The notes under the pieces: model-generated | What the model was told of the DNA's origin: nothing | Seen by the model: the letters and a program-made list of their open reading frames with translations, nothing else | Database searches by the model: none | Made by a program: the position numbers and the translations under genes | Source of the DNA: an uncultured Candidatus Saccharibacteria bacterium | GTDB taxonomy: Bacteria; Patescibacteriota; Minisyncoccia; Phycocordibacterales; UBA10002 | Assembly (NCBI GenBank): GCA_964366535.1 | Contig: CAYIUC010000002.1 | Span: 10,773-72,220, forward strand | Length of the DNA stretch: 61,448 bases | Reading direction: 5' to 3' | Shown here: one piece after another, positions 11,551 through 20,236 of the stretch | Numbering within the stretch: the stretch's first letter is position 1 | How the letters are laid out: every line of letters begins with the position of its first letter

Positions 11551-11940
11551 TTATTTTCTCCCCGACAATACTTTCTGCACCGCTTCTACGACTTCGGAGG
11601 GAATCATAGATGCTTTCACGATGTAGCCGTCTACGCCGAGCGATTTTACCTTCTCCACATTTCCGTCCGTCTCGCCTTGGTTTGTGAGCGCGACGAGCGC
11701 GGCGCTCGTCGCGAGCTTTTCTTTTTTTAGCGTATGCAAAAACTCTACGCCGTCCATGCCGGGCATAATGATGTCAAACATAATCGCGGAAGGCGATAGC
11801 CCATCGCGTAGTTTCTGAAGCGCCTCTCCGGCACTCTGCGCCGCTACTACTTCAAAACCCTCCTTCGCAAACTTCGCCTGGTAGAGCGAGCGCAAAAACT
11901 TATCATCATCCACCACCAAAATTGTTTTCTCTTTTTCCAT
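11551..11940 (-). CDS. single-domain response regulator (CheY/PilH-like receiver)
   Basis: MEKEKTILVVDDDKFLRSLY...MFDIIMPGMDGVEF...ALTNQG...K shows the receiver acidic pocket, phospho-Asp and conserved Lys. Confidence 0.85.
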   Translation of the reverse strand: MEKEKTILVVDDDKFLRSLYQAKFAKEGFEVVAAQSAGEALQKLRDGLSPSAIMFDIIMPGMDGVEFLHTLKKEKLATSAALVALTNQGETDGNVEKVKSLGVDGYIVKASMIPSEVVEAVQKVLSGRK

Positions 11941-12006
11941 ATTGAAGTTAAGTATAGTATACACCAACGACAAAAGTTCATGTGCGGTTATGCACAAGGT
12001 GAAAAG

Positions 12007-12072
12007 ACACCCCCTCTTCCCTCGTCCGCATTAGGCGGACTCGGGCTTTCTCCCCCTTAGGATAAGGGCGAG
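12007..12072 (+). repeat. double-hairpin repeat arm (forward orientation)
   Basis: acaccccctcttccctcGTCCGCattaGGCGGACtcgggctttctCCCCCTTAggaTAAGGGcgag. Confidence 0.75.
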
Positions 12073-12101
12073 AATAAGAAAGAGAAGTACAATACAAAGA
12101 T

Positions 12102-12458
12102 ATGCAGGTGCATAACAAACAAGAACTATACACGCGTAGAAAAAAGCTTCGTACGGGCGCAACGCTACAAGAAGCAAAACTGTGGGAACGCTTACGAAGA
12201 AAACAGTTGGGCTACAGATTCCGCAGGCAACATAGTGTCGGGTGGTACATTCTTGATTTTTATTGTCCAGAAAAGAAACTTGTCGTGGAGATTGACGGGG
12301 CGCCACACAAAGCAAGCAAGGAGTATGACGCGGTGCGCACGAACTACCTAAACCTACGCGGTATTCAGATACTGCGATTTTGGGATGATGAAGTGAGTAA
12401 CCATATTGAAAAAGTGGTATCAAAAATTAAAAATACTTTATGTCTTACCTGCCCTTAA
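12102..12458 (+). CDS. DUF559 (Vsr-like endonuclease fold) domain protein
   Basis: 118 aa. LRTGATLQEAKLWERLRRKQLGYRFRRQHSVGWYILDFYCPEKKLVVEIDGAPH...ILRFWDDEV. The stop codon lies inside the right arm. Confidence 0.85.
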   Translation: MQVHNKQELYTRRKKLRTGATLQEAKLWERLRRKQLGYRFRRQHSVGWYILDFYCPEKKLVVEIDGAPHKASKEYDAVRTNYLNLRGIQILRFWDDEVSNHIEKVVSKIKNTLCLTCP

Positions 12459-12500
12459 CCTAAGGGGAGGTGTCCGCCTGAGGCGGACGGAGGGGTGGTT
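12447..12500 (-). repeat. double-hairpin repeat arm (reverse orientation)
   Basis: acctgCCCTTAacctAAGGGgaggtGTCCGCCtgaGGCGGACggaggggtggtt. Confidence 0.75.
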
Positions 12501-12528
12501 TTATTTTTAGTGCGAGAAGGAAAATCTT

Positions 12529-14232
12529 CTACAACTTATTCACCTCCTCCCATGGGATTTCTTTGCGGAACGCTTTTAGAATCGCGTCTTCTTTCATCGT
12601 GAGCATGCCTTGCGCGCGCGCGACTTTGGTAATTTCTTCTTCGGTTGGTTTTGACAAAATGACTCGCTCCAGCGCGTGATCCATTTCTATCATCTCAAAC
12701 ACGGCGCTCCTGCCACGAATACCCTTCGGGCAATCCTTTGTCGGCTCAATGAATAGCACTTCTTTTGCATGCGGAATGTCTTTTTTTACTTGCTCCGGCA
12801 AACCCTCAAACGAGCGTTCAATAGTCGCCGAAACGCTTCCTTCTATCGGCATCGCCTTTCCCGTCCCCGGGTTAATGTTGCCGACAAGACGCTGGGCAAT
12901 CATCAAAGCCATCGTAGGCGCGATAAGGAACGGATCTACTCCCATATCAATAAGGCGCGGAATCACGCCAGCGGCGTTGTTGGTGTGAATGGTAGAAAAC
13001 ACAAGATGTCCGGTGAGCGCCGCTTGCACTGCCAGCTGGGCGGTTTCTTTGTCGCGAATCTCGCCGACCATAATAATGTCGGGGTCTTGGCGCAAGGTGG
13101 AGCGCAGCCCCGTAGCAAACGAGTAGCCGATTTCAGGCCGCACTTGCGATTGGCTCATGCCCGGAATTGTGTATTCCACAGGATCTTCAAGCGATAAGAC
13201 ATTGCGCGTTTCTCGGTCTAGCTCGTTCAACATAGCGTACAGAGTGGTGGACTTGCCGGAACCGGTGGGACCAGATAGAAGTACCAAACCGTACGGGCGC
13301 GCCAATGTGCGCCGTATCATTTCCAGATTGCGCTCCGATACACCCATTTCTGCAAGCGGCTTAACACCTTTCTCCGTATCCAAAATACGCATCACCACCT
13401 TCTCGCCGTAATACGAAGGAAAAGTAGATACACGGAAGTCAATGCGCCGCCCCGCAATGCGCGCGGAGAACCTCCCGTCTTGCGGCTTGCGTTTTTCGTC
13501 CAGACGGATATTGGAAAGAATCTTAATGCGTGCGACTGTCGCCGCATGCACCTTCGCCGGTAGTACCAAGCTAGTGCCTAGTATGCCGTCTACTCGGAAG
13601 CGCACGCGCACTCGATCTTCTTGCGGCTCTATGTGTATGTCGGAAGCGAGACCCTCGGTCGCGTAGTGTAGAATAGTCGCAACGATTTTCGTGACTGGTG
13701 CGTCTTCAAGAATTTTCGTGTCGGATTCCTTTATTGCAGGTCCTAGCTCTACATCGCCTTCTGGCCCCACCTCGCTTTCCAACTCCGAAAGCGCTTTTGT
13801 AACTTCACCCGAAAGCGAACGGTACGATTGCATCACGCGCTCAAAATCGGCATTGGAAATAAGAAAGAGCTTGTACGGCAGACCTGCCTTGCCGGCGATA
13901 AAGTTTAGCGCGTCCCGCGCTTCAAGATTGTCGGGATCGGTAATTCCTATTTCTAGAGCGCCACTCTGCGTGCCTACGGGCACAAACCGGTAATATGATG
14001 CGGACTCTTCGGGCACAAAACGAAGTACCTCCAATGGAATATCTTGCCCCTCCAAACTCCTTGCGGGAATGCCAGTAAGCTCAGCGCGAGCGGCAAGTAC
14101 GGTATCGGGCGGAACGCCGTGGCGCACAAGAAGCTCTTCTTGATTCCCCGACGCTTCCGCCTCCGCGGCGAGTGCGGAAGCGTCTTTTTCGCTTATTACC
14201 GACTTTTTCGCCAATAATTCAAAAATGTTCAT
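12529..14232 (-). CDS. pilB: type IV pilus assembly ATPase PilB (GspE family)
   Basis: 567 aa with an N-terminal GSPII_E_N-like domain, Walker A GPTGSGKST and Asp/His boxes. Confidence 0.9.
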   Translation of the reverse strand: MNIFELLAKKSVISEKDASALAAEAEASGNQEELLVRHGVPPDTVLAARAELTGIPARSLEGQDIPLEVLRFVPEESASYYRFVPVGTQSGALEIGITDPDNLEARDALNFIAGKAGLPYKLFLISNADFERVMQSYRSLSGEVTKALSELESEVGPEGDVELGPAIKESDTKILEDAPVTKIVATILHYATEGLASDIHIEPQEDRVRVRFRVDGILGTSLVLPAKVHAATVARIKILSNIRLDEKRKPQDGRFSARIAGRRIDFRVSTFPSYYGEKVVMRILDTEKGVKPLAEMGVSERNLEMIRRTLARPYGLVLLSGPTGSGKSTTLYAMLNELDRETRNVLSLEDPVEYTIPGMSQSQVRPEIGYSFATGLRSTLRQDPDIIMVGEIRDKETAQLAVQAALTGHLVFSTIHTNNAAGVIPRLIDMGVDPFLIAPTMALMIAQRLVGNINPGTGKAMPIEGSVSATIERSFEGLPEQVKKDIPHAKEVLFIEPTKDCPKGIRGRSAVFEMIEMDHALERVILSKPTEEEITKVARAQGMLTMKEDAILKAFRKEIPWEEVNKL

Positions 14233-14240
14233 AGTGTTTT

Positions 14241-14747
14241 TTACAATTCAAATTCTATATCAGAAAAATCCCACACTCCGGAATCCACGCCGACATCATT
14301 TCCGGCTCCACCAACCGGCGTCTGTGCAGATGCGGGCGGAGAGGACGCGACTGGAAGAGCAGACGCCGCGGAAGGAGTAGATGCGGCAGGAGGCGGCTTC
14401 GCCGCCACCGCGCTTTTCGGCGCACCGAGCGGCGCAAACGGGTTGCGCCTACCAATTGGCTGTGGAGGAATTGTCTTACCCCAGTCCGACAAACTTTCAA
14501 AGATCGGGTCGGAGAAAATACTCGTGTCTAGTTGTATCGTGCGCAGAAGCGCGAGCGCCGCTAGCAAATCCTGCCCCACTGCCGCGTCTGCGGAAGCGGC
14601 TGGAGCGACAGAGAGATACGGTGCGGCGGGAGATGCGGGTGCGGCAGGCGAAGTGAGTGGCCGCCCGAATATAATGAGTGCGATTGCTACAATCGCAAAA
14701 CCAGCGATAAGCATAAGCACTTTTTTGTTTTGTAAAATTGTAGGCAT
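14241..14747 (-). CDS. hypothetical membrane-anchored Pro/Ala-rich protein in the pilMNO-pilB block
   Basis: One N-terminal TM (VLMLIAGFAIVAIALIIF), PA-rich linkers and an acidic C-terminus. Only the position suggests a pilus role. Confidence 0.4.
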   Translation of the reverse strand: MPTILQNKKVLMLIAGFAIVAIALIIFGRPLTSPAAPASPAAPYLSVAPAASADAAVGQDLLAALALLRTIQLDTSIFSDPIFESLSDWGKTIPPQPIGRRNPFAPLGAPKSAVAAKPPPAASTPSAASALPVASSPPASAQTPVGGAGNDVGVDSGVWDFSDIEFEL

Positions 14748-14755
14748 ATATTATT

Positions 14756-15337
14756 CTACTCTTCCTGCTCTGCAAGCTGGTACGCCCGCAAAGAAATACC
14801 ATACACATATTCTGACGCGTCTTTGGATTCGAAATCAACGCCGGCGATGTCTACAAGGCGCACGCTCGCTTCAAGATCGGCAATGAACGGCATAAACTTC
14901 TCGTACGCGCCGACTGCGCTGAAAGAAAAGAGGAGCGGCTCGTACGCCGAACTCTCTCCGCGCCCGCCTGCGCCGCTAGATACATCGCTCGCAGCAACAC
15001 TGCGTAGCTTCAAACCGTGTTTGCGCGCCACATTCTCCAAATCAAGCACAAGCCGCACCGAATCCACTGCATCTGGAGCAACCTTGCCTAGTCGGGCTCG
15101 GTTTTCATCCGACACAGCATTGTACTTCGACGCCAGCCCGGTGCGCGCAATCTCTATTTCGCGCATCTTTGCAAACGCATCAGCGTACACTACTTCGTCT
15201 GCACGGAGCTCTGAAATACTTTTGTCTGCAAACTCTTGCGCTCCGGTTGGTTCATTCCAGAGCGGCATGGTAAACCACCACGAGCTCGCAAAGGCGAGTG
15301 CTAGAAAGAGTATCGGGATGAACACTTTGCCATACAT
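14756..15337 (-). CDS. pilO: PilO-like pilus alignment protein
   Basis: 193 aa with an N-terminal TM, then a coiled-coil and ferredoxin-like region. Sits directly downstream of the pilM and pilN-like genes. Confidence 0.55.
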   Translation of the reverse strand: MYGKVFIPILFLALAFASSWWFTMPLWNEPTGAQEFADKSISELRADEVVYADAFAKMREIEIARTGLASKYNAVSDENRARLGKVAPDAVDSVRLVLDLENVARKHGLKLRSVAASDVSSGAGGRGESSAYEPLLFSFSAVGAYEKFMPFIADLEASVRLVDIAGVDFESKDASEYVYGISLRAYQLAEQEE

Positions 15338-15348
15338 ATAATAAAAAG

Positions 15349-16104
15349 TTAAAACAAAATATCGCTTCCAAATTCCACCTCGCCGCTTGCGGGCGGCGCT
15401 TCTGGCTCTTTAACTGCGCCGGCGCCTGCGGTTTGCTCCGATACAGCTGGCGGCGTTTGCGCTGGTGGCGTCTTGGCGCTAGCAAGGTGTGAGCGATAGA
15501 GCGCAAATTCTGGAGCAAGGGTCGCGGCAAAACTGAAGTGCACAGTGCCGCTCTTGTCTACAGCAAAGTCAGAAAAGACGGGATTTAAGAATGTGCCATT
15601 TTTGCTAAACGCGTCCGATTGTAGCGCTACTGCATTGAAACTTGCCGCCTCACCCTCAAGTGCTACGCGCAACCCTTCTTCTGGCGCTTCAGAAAAGCTA
15701 AACTTGGTAAACCGCACAGTCGCTAGCGTATCGCGTTCCAAAAGCGCGAAAACCGGCGATACTGCGCGATGCCCAGATGTAATCTCCCGCGCGGCTGCAA
15801 GACGCACATCCATACGGCGTAGCTCCTCAATAAACGCCGGCTCAAAAGCGACGCGCGCCGCGACTAGATCGTCGTTCATCTTCGCGACGCGCGCCGCGAG
15901 AATCTTTTGATACGCAAACGCGCCTCCGGCGGCGAGGAGCGATAGCGCAAATACCCCCGCGCTTAACGCGAAAAACACTCCTACGCGCGCGTGGCGCGCG
16001 CCCGCTACTTCGGAAGCCGCCGTACGGCGATACACAAACGATGGCGGAATGTTTATTTCCACGCTGGTATTATACAACATTAGCCCGCGCGACTTATCCC
16101 CCAC
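15349..16104 (-). CDS. pilN: PilN-like pilus alignment protein
   Basis: Single TM (VFFALSAGVFALSLLAAGGAF) followed by a periplasmic domain. Follows pilM. Confidence 0.55.
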   Translation of the reverse strand: MGDKSRGLMLYNTSVEINIPPSFVYRRTAASEVAGARHARVGVFFALSAGVFALSLLAAGGAFAYQKILAARVAKMNDDLVAARVAFEPAFIEELRRMDVRLAAAREITSGHRAVSPVFALLERDTLATVRFTKFSFSEAPEEGLRVALEGEAASFNAVALQSDAFSKNGTFLNPVFSDFAVDKSGTVHFSFAATLAPEFALYRSHLASAKTPPAQTPPAVSEQTAGAGAVKEPEAPPASGEVEFGSDILF

Positions 16105-16110
16105 TATGCA

Positions 16111-17202
16111 TCAATGCGTTTCTTCTAATCGCCGGAGTGCGGCGCCTATTGCGACCGCAAACTCTGGACCAACGCGAGAGAGCATTGGAGCGAGGAATGC
16201 CGGTGCGGATAGTAGCGCATTGGGATCTATGAGTGTGACAGGTAAAGAAAAGACCTTCCCCACCTCTTCAAGTAAGCCGGAAGATAACGCGCCGCCTCCA
16301 GATAGCACTAGCCCAGAAAACGCGCGCCGCGCGCGCGCTTCGTAACGCGAGAAAACTTCGCGCGCTTCGCCAAAGATGCGCGCGATAACTGACGATTGTG
16401 CGGCGCCATTCTCTGCTCCACTACGCCTTTTGCGCACCTCGGCTTCGGCAAAAGGTATGCCGAGCGAAGACGCGAGCGCGAGCGTCATATCTTGCCCGCC
16501 GCGATTTACTGTGTGCGCATCACGCAATAGCCCTTCGTCTACGATGATGATTTTTGTTTCGCCTGCGCCGATGTCTATAATCCCAAATGCTTTGTCTGGC
16601 GCGAGCGCGGCAGCGCGCGTTGTAGCAAATACTTCCACTTCAAAAAACGACGGTTCAAGAGCCGCTTGCGCACAAACGCCCTGCAAGCGCGAGAGCGCGT
16701 CGCGGTGTATCGCGGTTACAAGCGCTTCTGTCTTATCCACTGGCGCATCGGGAGAGACGGAAGTGGCTCCGGCAGACGGGCGAGGAAGAACGCGCCAATT
16801 TAGCTCCACTTCGGAAAGCGGAGTAGGAATATACTTACGCGCTTCAATCGGGATGATTCCGCGCAGGTCCTGGCCCTCGCGATGCGGCACAGAAAACGCC
16901 GCGACCAAGCTCGCAGACATTGATATGGCCGCGCCACATCGTCGCGCAGTTACCTTCGCCTCGCGAAGCACATCAGAGAGCGCTTCAGAGAGCTTCGCAG
17001 GAGTAGTCCGCGCGGCGCGGCCTGCTTCTACTTCTGCATACGGACCAAGCGCTACCGCGCCATATGTTTCTAGTACGGCTTGCCCAGCGCGCTTCTTGAT
17101 CTGGACTACCTTTACGGCAGACGAACCGAAATCGATGCCTACAACGCTTTGCGACGGTGCGCGCGAAAAAAGCGAGAAAAGATTTGCGAGCGGATTTTTC
17201 AT
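16111..17202 (-). CDS. pilM: PilM (actin-like ATPase of the pilus alignment complex)
   Basis: VVGIDFGSSAVKVVQIKK...IIDIGAGETKIIIV. Start placed at MKNPLANLF, 7 nt after TGgTATAAT. An alternative ATG is at 17223, and the ORF track runs to 17415. Confidence 0.8.
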   Translation of the reverse strand: MKNPLANLFSLFSRAPSQSVVGIDFGSSAVKVVQIKKRAGQAVLETYGAVALGPYAEVEAGRAARTTPAKLSEALSDVLREAKVTARRCGAAISMSASLVAAFSVPHREGQDLRGIIPIEARKYIPTPLSEVELNWRVLPRPSAGATSVSPDAPVDKTEALVTAIHRDALSRLQGVCAQAALEPSFFEVEVFATTRAAALAPDKAFGIIDIGAGETKIIIVDEGLLRDAHTVNRGGQDMTLALASSLGIPFAEAEVRKRRSGAENGAAQSSVIARIFGEAREVFSRYEARARRAFSGLVLSGGGALSSGLLEEVGKVFSLPVTLIDPNALLSAPAFLAPMLSRVGPEFAVAIGAALRRLEETH

Positions 17203-17221
17203 ATACTTAATTATACCAAAC
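17203..17221. promoter_or_regulatory. shared AT box holding overlapping divergent -10 elements (minus TGgTATAAT for pilM; plus TTATAC for comF)
   Basis: The 19-nt spacer atacttaattataccaaac lies between the two divergent ATGs. Confidence 0.4.
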
Positions 17222-17860
17222 ATGTTTAGGTTTCTCCTCAACCTGTTTTTTCCCGCACCGCCGCGCGTGGCGGAACTAGAAGCAATGGATACTGCGGCGT
17301 TTCGCGCTGCAGTCGCTTTGTGCGAATGGAAGCCGCACGAGTGGCTATTGCCGCTCTTCCCATACGAAAACCCGCTCGTCAAAACCGCCGTGTGGGAAAT
17401 AAAGTACAGAGGCAATGCCGCGCTTGCGCAGCTCGCGGGTACGCTTATCGCAGATGAACTTGCCGAGTGGCTTGCCGAACTCTACGAAACAGAGAACTTC
17501 CGCGAGCCGCTGCTTATCCCCATTCCGCTTGCACAGGGGCGCCGCGCGAAGCGCGGCTTTAACCAATGCGAGCTCCTAGCGAGTGCAGTGCGAAGCGCCA
17601 TTCCAGATATGATATCGGTAGAAATGAGCGCGCTTGTAAAAGTAAAAGAAACGGAAAGCCAGACGAAAAGCAAAAACCGAGCGGAGCGCATTAAAAATCT
17701 GAAAGGATGCTTCGCCGTCCGATCCCCAGAAAAAATAAAAGATAGAAATATAGTGCTTCTGGACGATGTAACGACTACAGGCGCTACACTTTCTGAAGCG
17801 CGCGCCGCGCTCCTTCTTGGCGGCGCGCGCAAAGTCATAGCCATCACATTCGCGCATTAA
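17222..17860 (+). CDS. comF: ComF-family phosphoribosyltransferase-like competence protein
   Basis: PRTase motif IVLLDDVTTTGATL plus GFNQCELLA. Only the 3' 639 nt of the 494-aa track ORF are taken, because the rest is antisense to pilM. No N-terminal Cys4 finger is seen. Confidence 0.8.
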   Translation: MFRFLLNLFFPAPPRVAELEAMDTAAFRAAVALCEWKPHEWLLPLFPYENPLVKTAVWEIKYRGNAALAQLAGTLIADELAEWLAELYETENFREPLLIPIPLAQGRRAKRGFNQCELLASAVRSAIPDMISVEMSALVKVKETESQTKSKNRAERIKNLKGCFAVRSPEKIKDRNIVLLDDVTTTGATLSEARAALLLGGARKVIAITFAH

Positions 17861-17870
17861 TCCCCTTTCT

Positions 17871-17907
17871 CGCGCCAGATGTTGATAGGCGGCAAACATC
17901 TGGCGCG
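17871..17907 (+). terminator. hairpin CGCGCCAGATGTT...AACATCTGGCGCG after comF
   Basis: 13-bp inverted repeat read directly. The following T-tract is weak. Confidence 0.45.
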
Positions 17908-17952
17908 TCTTTCTGCGAACTTAAAAAAATGCTAGGGTGATGGTTGTTTACT

Positions 17953-18039
17953 GGTGGGTTGGCTGAGTGGCCTAAAGCGGCACCGTGCTAAGGTGTTAAG
18001 GGAGAAATCCCTTCAGAGGTTCGAATCCTCTACCCACCG
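17953..18039 (+). tRNA. tRNA-Ser (anticodon GCU), class II with long variable arm
   Basis: Acceptor GGTGGGT/ACCCACC, anticodon loop gtGCTaa, T arm AGAGGttcgaatCCTCT. CCA is not encoded. Confidence 0.85.
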
Positions 18040-18111
18040 TTTTTTACGCAAATATAGCGAAAATCACGAAAGCCTTTGGCGTTTCTATAGAAGATTTATT
18101 GAAGTAATACT

Positions 18112-19047
18112 ATGAAATTTGTTCTAAAACCAAATGTGCGAAATATGTCCAAAGAAGATATTATTGCTGAAATCAAGCGAGTCGATTCCTTATTGAAGAA
18201 GGAATTTTTGAGCATGAAAGATTTTAATGAAAATGGGCAATTATCATCCTCGACCGTCTTTCATAGATTTGGGAGCTGGAAAAAAGCATTGGAAGCGGCA
18301 GAACTAGGATATAAATATGCCGACAGGCCCGAACTTCGTAAAACACGAGGAGAAAAGCTTACCGACGAAGAAATTATTTCCGAACTAAAGAGGATCGCTA
18401 AAATTCTAGGTAAACAGGATTTAACGATGGAAGAATTTCGAGATAATTCTAAAATTATATTGCATTTTGAGTCCGTTCGTCGCCGTTTTGGTTCTTGGCC
18501 AGCAGCAATAAAGGCTGCTGGTTTGAATCTCTCACCAATGTATCGTCGTCGGTATTCTAATGAAGAATATTTTGAAAACTTGCTTAATGTATGGACTCAT
18601 CACGGCAGACAGCCGACCTATTCAGAAATAGAACAATATCCTTCAAAAATATCTGCTGGTGCTTACGAGGGGCGTTTCTGTTCATGGAGAAAAGCACTGG
18701 AGGCTTTTGTGAAGAGTATGAATAATGATGGAGTAGAAGACATCGCGGATAAAACGGAAAAGACAAAACTGTCAGAGGATAAAACTCATGAAAAAAGAGC
18801 TACACAAAAACCTACCATCAAATCGGAGGACAGACGAGGTATTTGCCTGTCTTTAAGATATAAAGTTCTAAGCAGGGATAATTTTAGATGTGTGCGATGC
18901 GGAAGAAGTCCGGCAATAAACCCAGGAGTAGAGTTGCATGTAGACCACAAACAACCTTTTTCTAAACAAGGGAAAACTATAATGGAAAATCTGGAAACGA
19001 AGTGTAAAGAGTGTAATCTTGGTAAGAGCAACAGGCATTCTGAATAG
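18112..19047 (+). CDS. HNH endonuclease with three N-terminal FGSW-type homing-endonuclease-associated repeats
   Basis: Repeats FGSWKKALEAA, FGSWPAAIKAA and FCSWRKALEAF. C-terminal CVRCG...HVDHKQP...N...CKECNLGKSN. Clearly AT-richer than the backbone. Confidence 0.85.
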   Translation: MKFVLKPNVRNMSKEDIIAEIKRVDSLLKKEFLSMKDFNENGQLSSSTVFHRFGSWKKALEAAELGYKYADRPELRKTRGEKLTDEEIISELKRIAKILGKQDLTMEEFRDNSKIILHFESVRRRFGSWPAAIKAAGLNLSPMYRRRYSNEEYFENLLNVWTHHGRQPTYSEIEQYPSKISAGAYEGRFCSWRKALEAFVKSMNNDGVEDIADKTEKTKLSEDKTHEKRATQKPTIKSEDRRGICLSLRYKVLSRDNFRCVRCGRSPAINPGVELHVDHKQPFSKQGKTIMENLETKCKECNLGKSNRHSE

Positions 19048-19110
19048 CCGCCAAAGAAACACTTGAAATCTGTGGGTGCGATTGTCGCTTTATGCTATCA
19101 TGGGGTACTT

Positions 19111-19413
19111 ATGGCTCGGACAACCACCAAAGTCACCTATACCCATCTGCACACCAAACAAGGCACTTTTAAGGTCAAGTTTGAGTGGGATGCGCGCGAC
19201 CGCGCGTATCTCGTCACCATACCAAGTTTGCCTGGCGCCATTACCTTTGGCACCTCTCTTCAAGAAGCAAGAAAGATGGCGCGTGATGTCATTGAACTTC
19301 ATTGCGAATGTTTAGTGGAGGAGGGCAACCTCGTTATTGACGATGAAAAGCGGCTAGTCAATCCAAAAGGTGCAACGGTAAAGTCACTGATTCCTGCAAC
19401 TGCTTTTGCATAG
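19111..19413 (+). CDS. HicB-family antitoxin-like protein (no hicA seen)
   Basis: FKVKFEWDARDRAYLVTIPSLPGAITFGTSLQEARKMARDVIELHCE. Start taken at MARTTTK (the track ORF starts at a TTG at 19063). Confidence 0.65.
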   Translation: MARTTTKVTYTHLHTKQGTFKVKFEWDARDRAYLVTIPSLPGAITFGTSLQEARKMARDVIELHCECLVEEGNLVIDDEKRLVNPKGATVKSLIPATAFA

Positions 19414-19525
19414 ACAACATACATGGGAATCATTCCGCCGCCACGCATTTTATTTTCCATTCTGAAACAAGCAAAACTGACATTGCAAGAATTTCTGAAA
19501 GCATTGCGATAACAATGCTGTTTCT

Positions 19526-19828
19526 ATGTTCATAGATATGCCGTATAAAAAATCAAGCTCTTCGTGGGGTGCGATTGCTGATATAACTGAGCCACGCACA
19601 CCGGCAGACTTGCAAAAAGCCCTTACCGAGAGCCCGAAATCACAAGCGATGTGGAATAACATAACGCCAGTTGCGCGCCGCGACTGGATTGACTGGATAC
19701 GCACCGCAAAGCTCGAGGAGACACGCGCTCGGCGCGTCAAGAACGCGTGCGAAATGCTCGCTTCCGGAAAGCGCCGAGTATGCTGTTTCCCCGGTATTAA
19801 GTGGCTCAAAAAAACTGCGGGGGTGTAA
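19526..19828 (+). CDS. YdeI/OmpD-associated family protein
   Basis: PADLQKALTESPKSQAMWNNITPVARRDWIDWIRTAKLEETRARRVKNACEMLASGKRR. Confidence 0.7.
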   Translation: MFIDMPYKKSSSSWGAIADITEPRTPADLQKALTESPKSQAMWNNITPVARRDWIDWIRTAKLEETRARRVKNACEMLASGKRRVCCFPGIKWLKKTAGV

Positions 19829-19852
19829 TTCTTTCGCACATGTGCATCATCG

Positions 19853-19861
19853 TGGTATAAT
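19853..19861 (+). promoter_or_regulatory. extended -10 box TGgTATAAT, 9 nt before the MNT start codon
   Basis: cgTGGTATAATagtggacatATG read directly. Confidence 0.4.
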
Positions 19862-19870
19862 AGTGGACAT

Positions 19871-20236
19871 ATGGAAGATCAAAAAATCACCGTGCTTTTC
19901 GGGTCGCGCGCGCGCGGCATGGCGGGTAAGCAATCGGACACAGATGTGGCCGTGCTTGCCGGTCGCCCGCTGACACGAGAAGAAAAGAATGCGGAGAGCG
20001 AGCGGCTTGCGGAAAAATTGGGCGTGCCGGAAGAACAAATTGATTTGATAGACCTCTACAACGCTCCACCGCTTCTCGCGCATCAAGTAGGAGAAACGGG
20101 CACATTGTTGGAGGGGGCGCAGTTTACTTTTAATCGCTTTCGCGTCCGCGCATGGAAACGCTATTTAGATACCGCGAAATTCCGTCGCGCGCGAGAACAA
20201 TCGCTCAAAAAATATGTCCAAAGAACTCATTCTTAA
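19871..20236 (+). CDS. MNT-type nucleotidyltransferase (antitoxin of HEPN/MNT module)
   Basis: GSRARG...SDTDVAV motif. Overlaps the downstream HEPN gene by 23 nt. Confidence 0.8.
   Translation: MEDQKITVLFGSRARGMAGKQSDTDVAVLAGRPLTREEKNAESERLAEKLGVPEEQIDLIDLYNAPPLLAHQVGETGTLLEGAQFTFNRFRVRAWKRYLDTAKFRRAREQSLKKYVQRTHS

Larger units (their letters stand above)
12007..12500 (+). mobile_element. DUF559 cassette 1: DUF559 gene boxed by inverted GC-rich double-hairpin arms (about 494 bp)
   Basis: Arms 12007-12072 and 12447-12500 are reverse complements with indels. The interior is AT-richer by eye. It lies on the strand opposite to the surrounding pilus operon. Confidence 0.5.

Noticed and set aside
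12031-12423. 130-aa minus-strand ORF (and 28765-28977 plus-strand)
   Set aside because: They are antisense to the DUF559 genes, which carry the conserved family motifs.
16376-17221. 5' two-thirds of the 494-aa plus-strand ORF
   Set aside because: It is antisense to pilM and Ser/Ala/Arg-rich. Only the part from the ATG at 17222 matches ComF.
19450-19839. 129-aa minus-strand ORF
   Set aside because: It is antisense to the YdeI-family gene, which has the conserved RRDWIDWI..AK..ETR..R motif.
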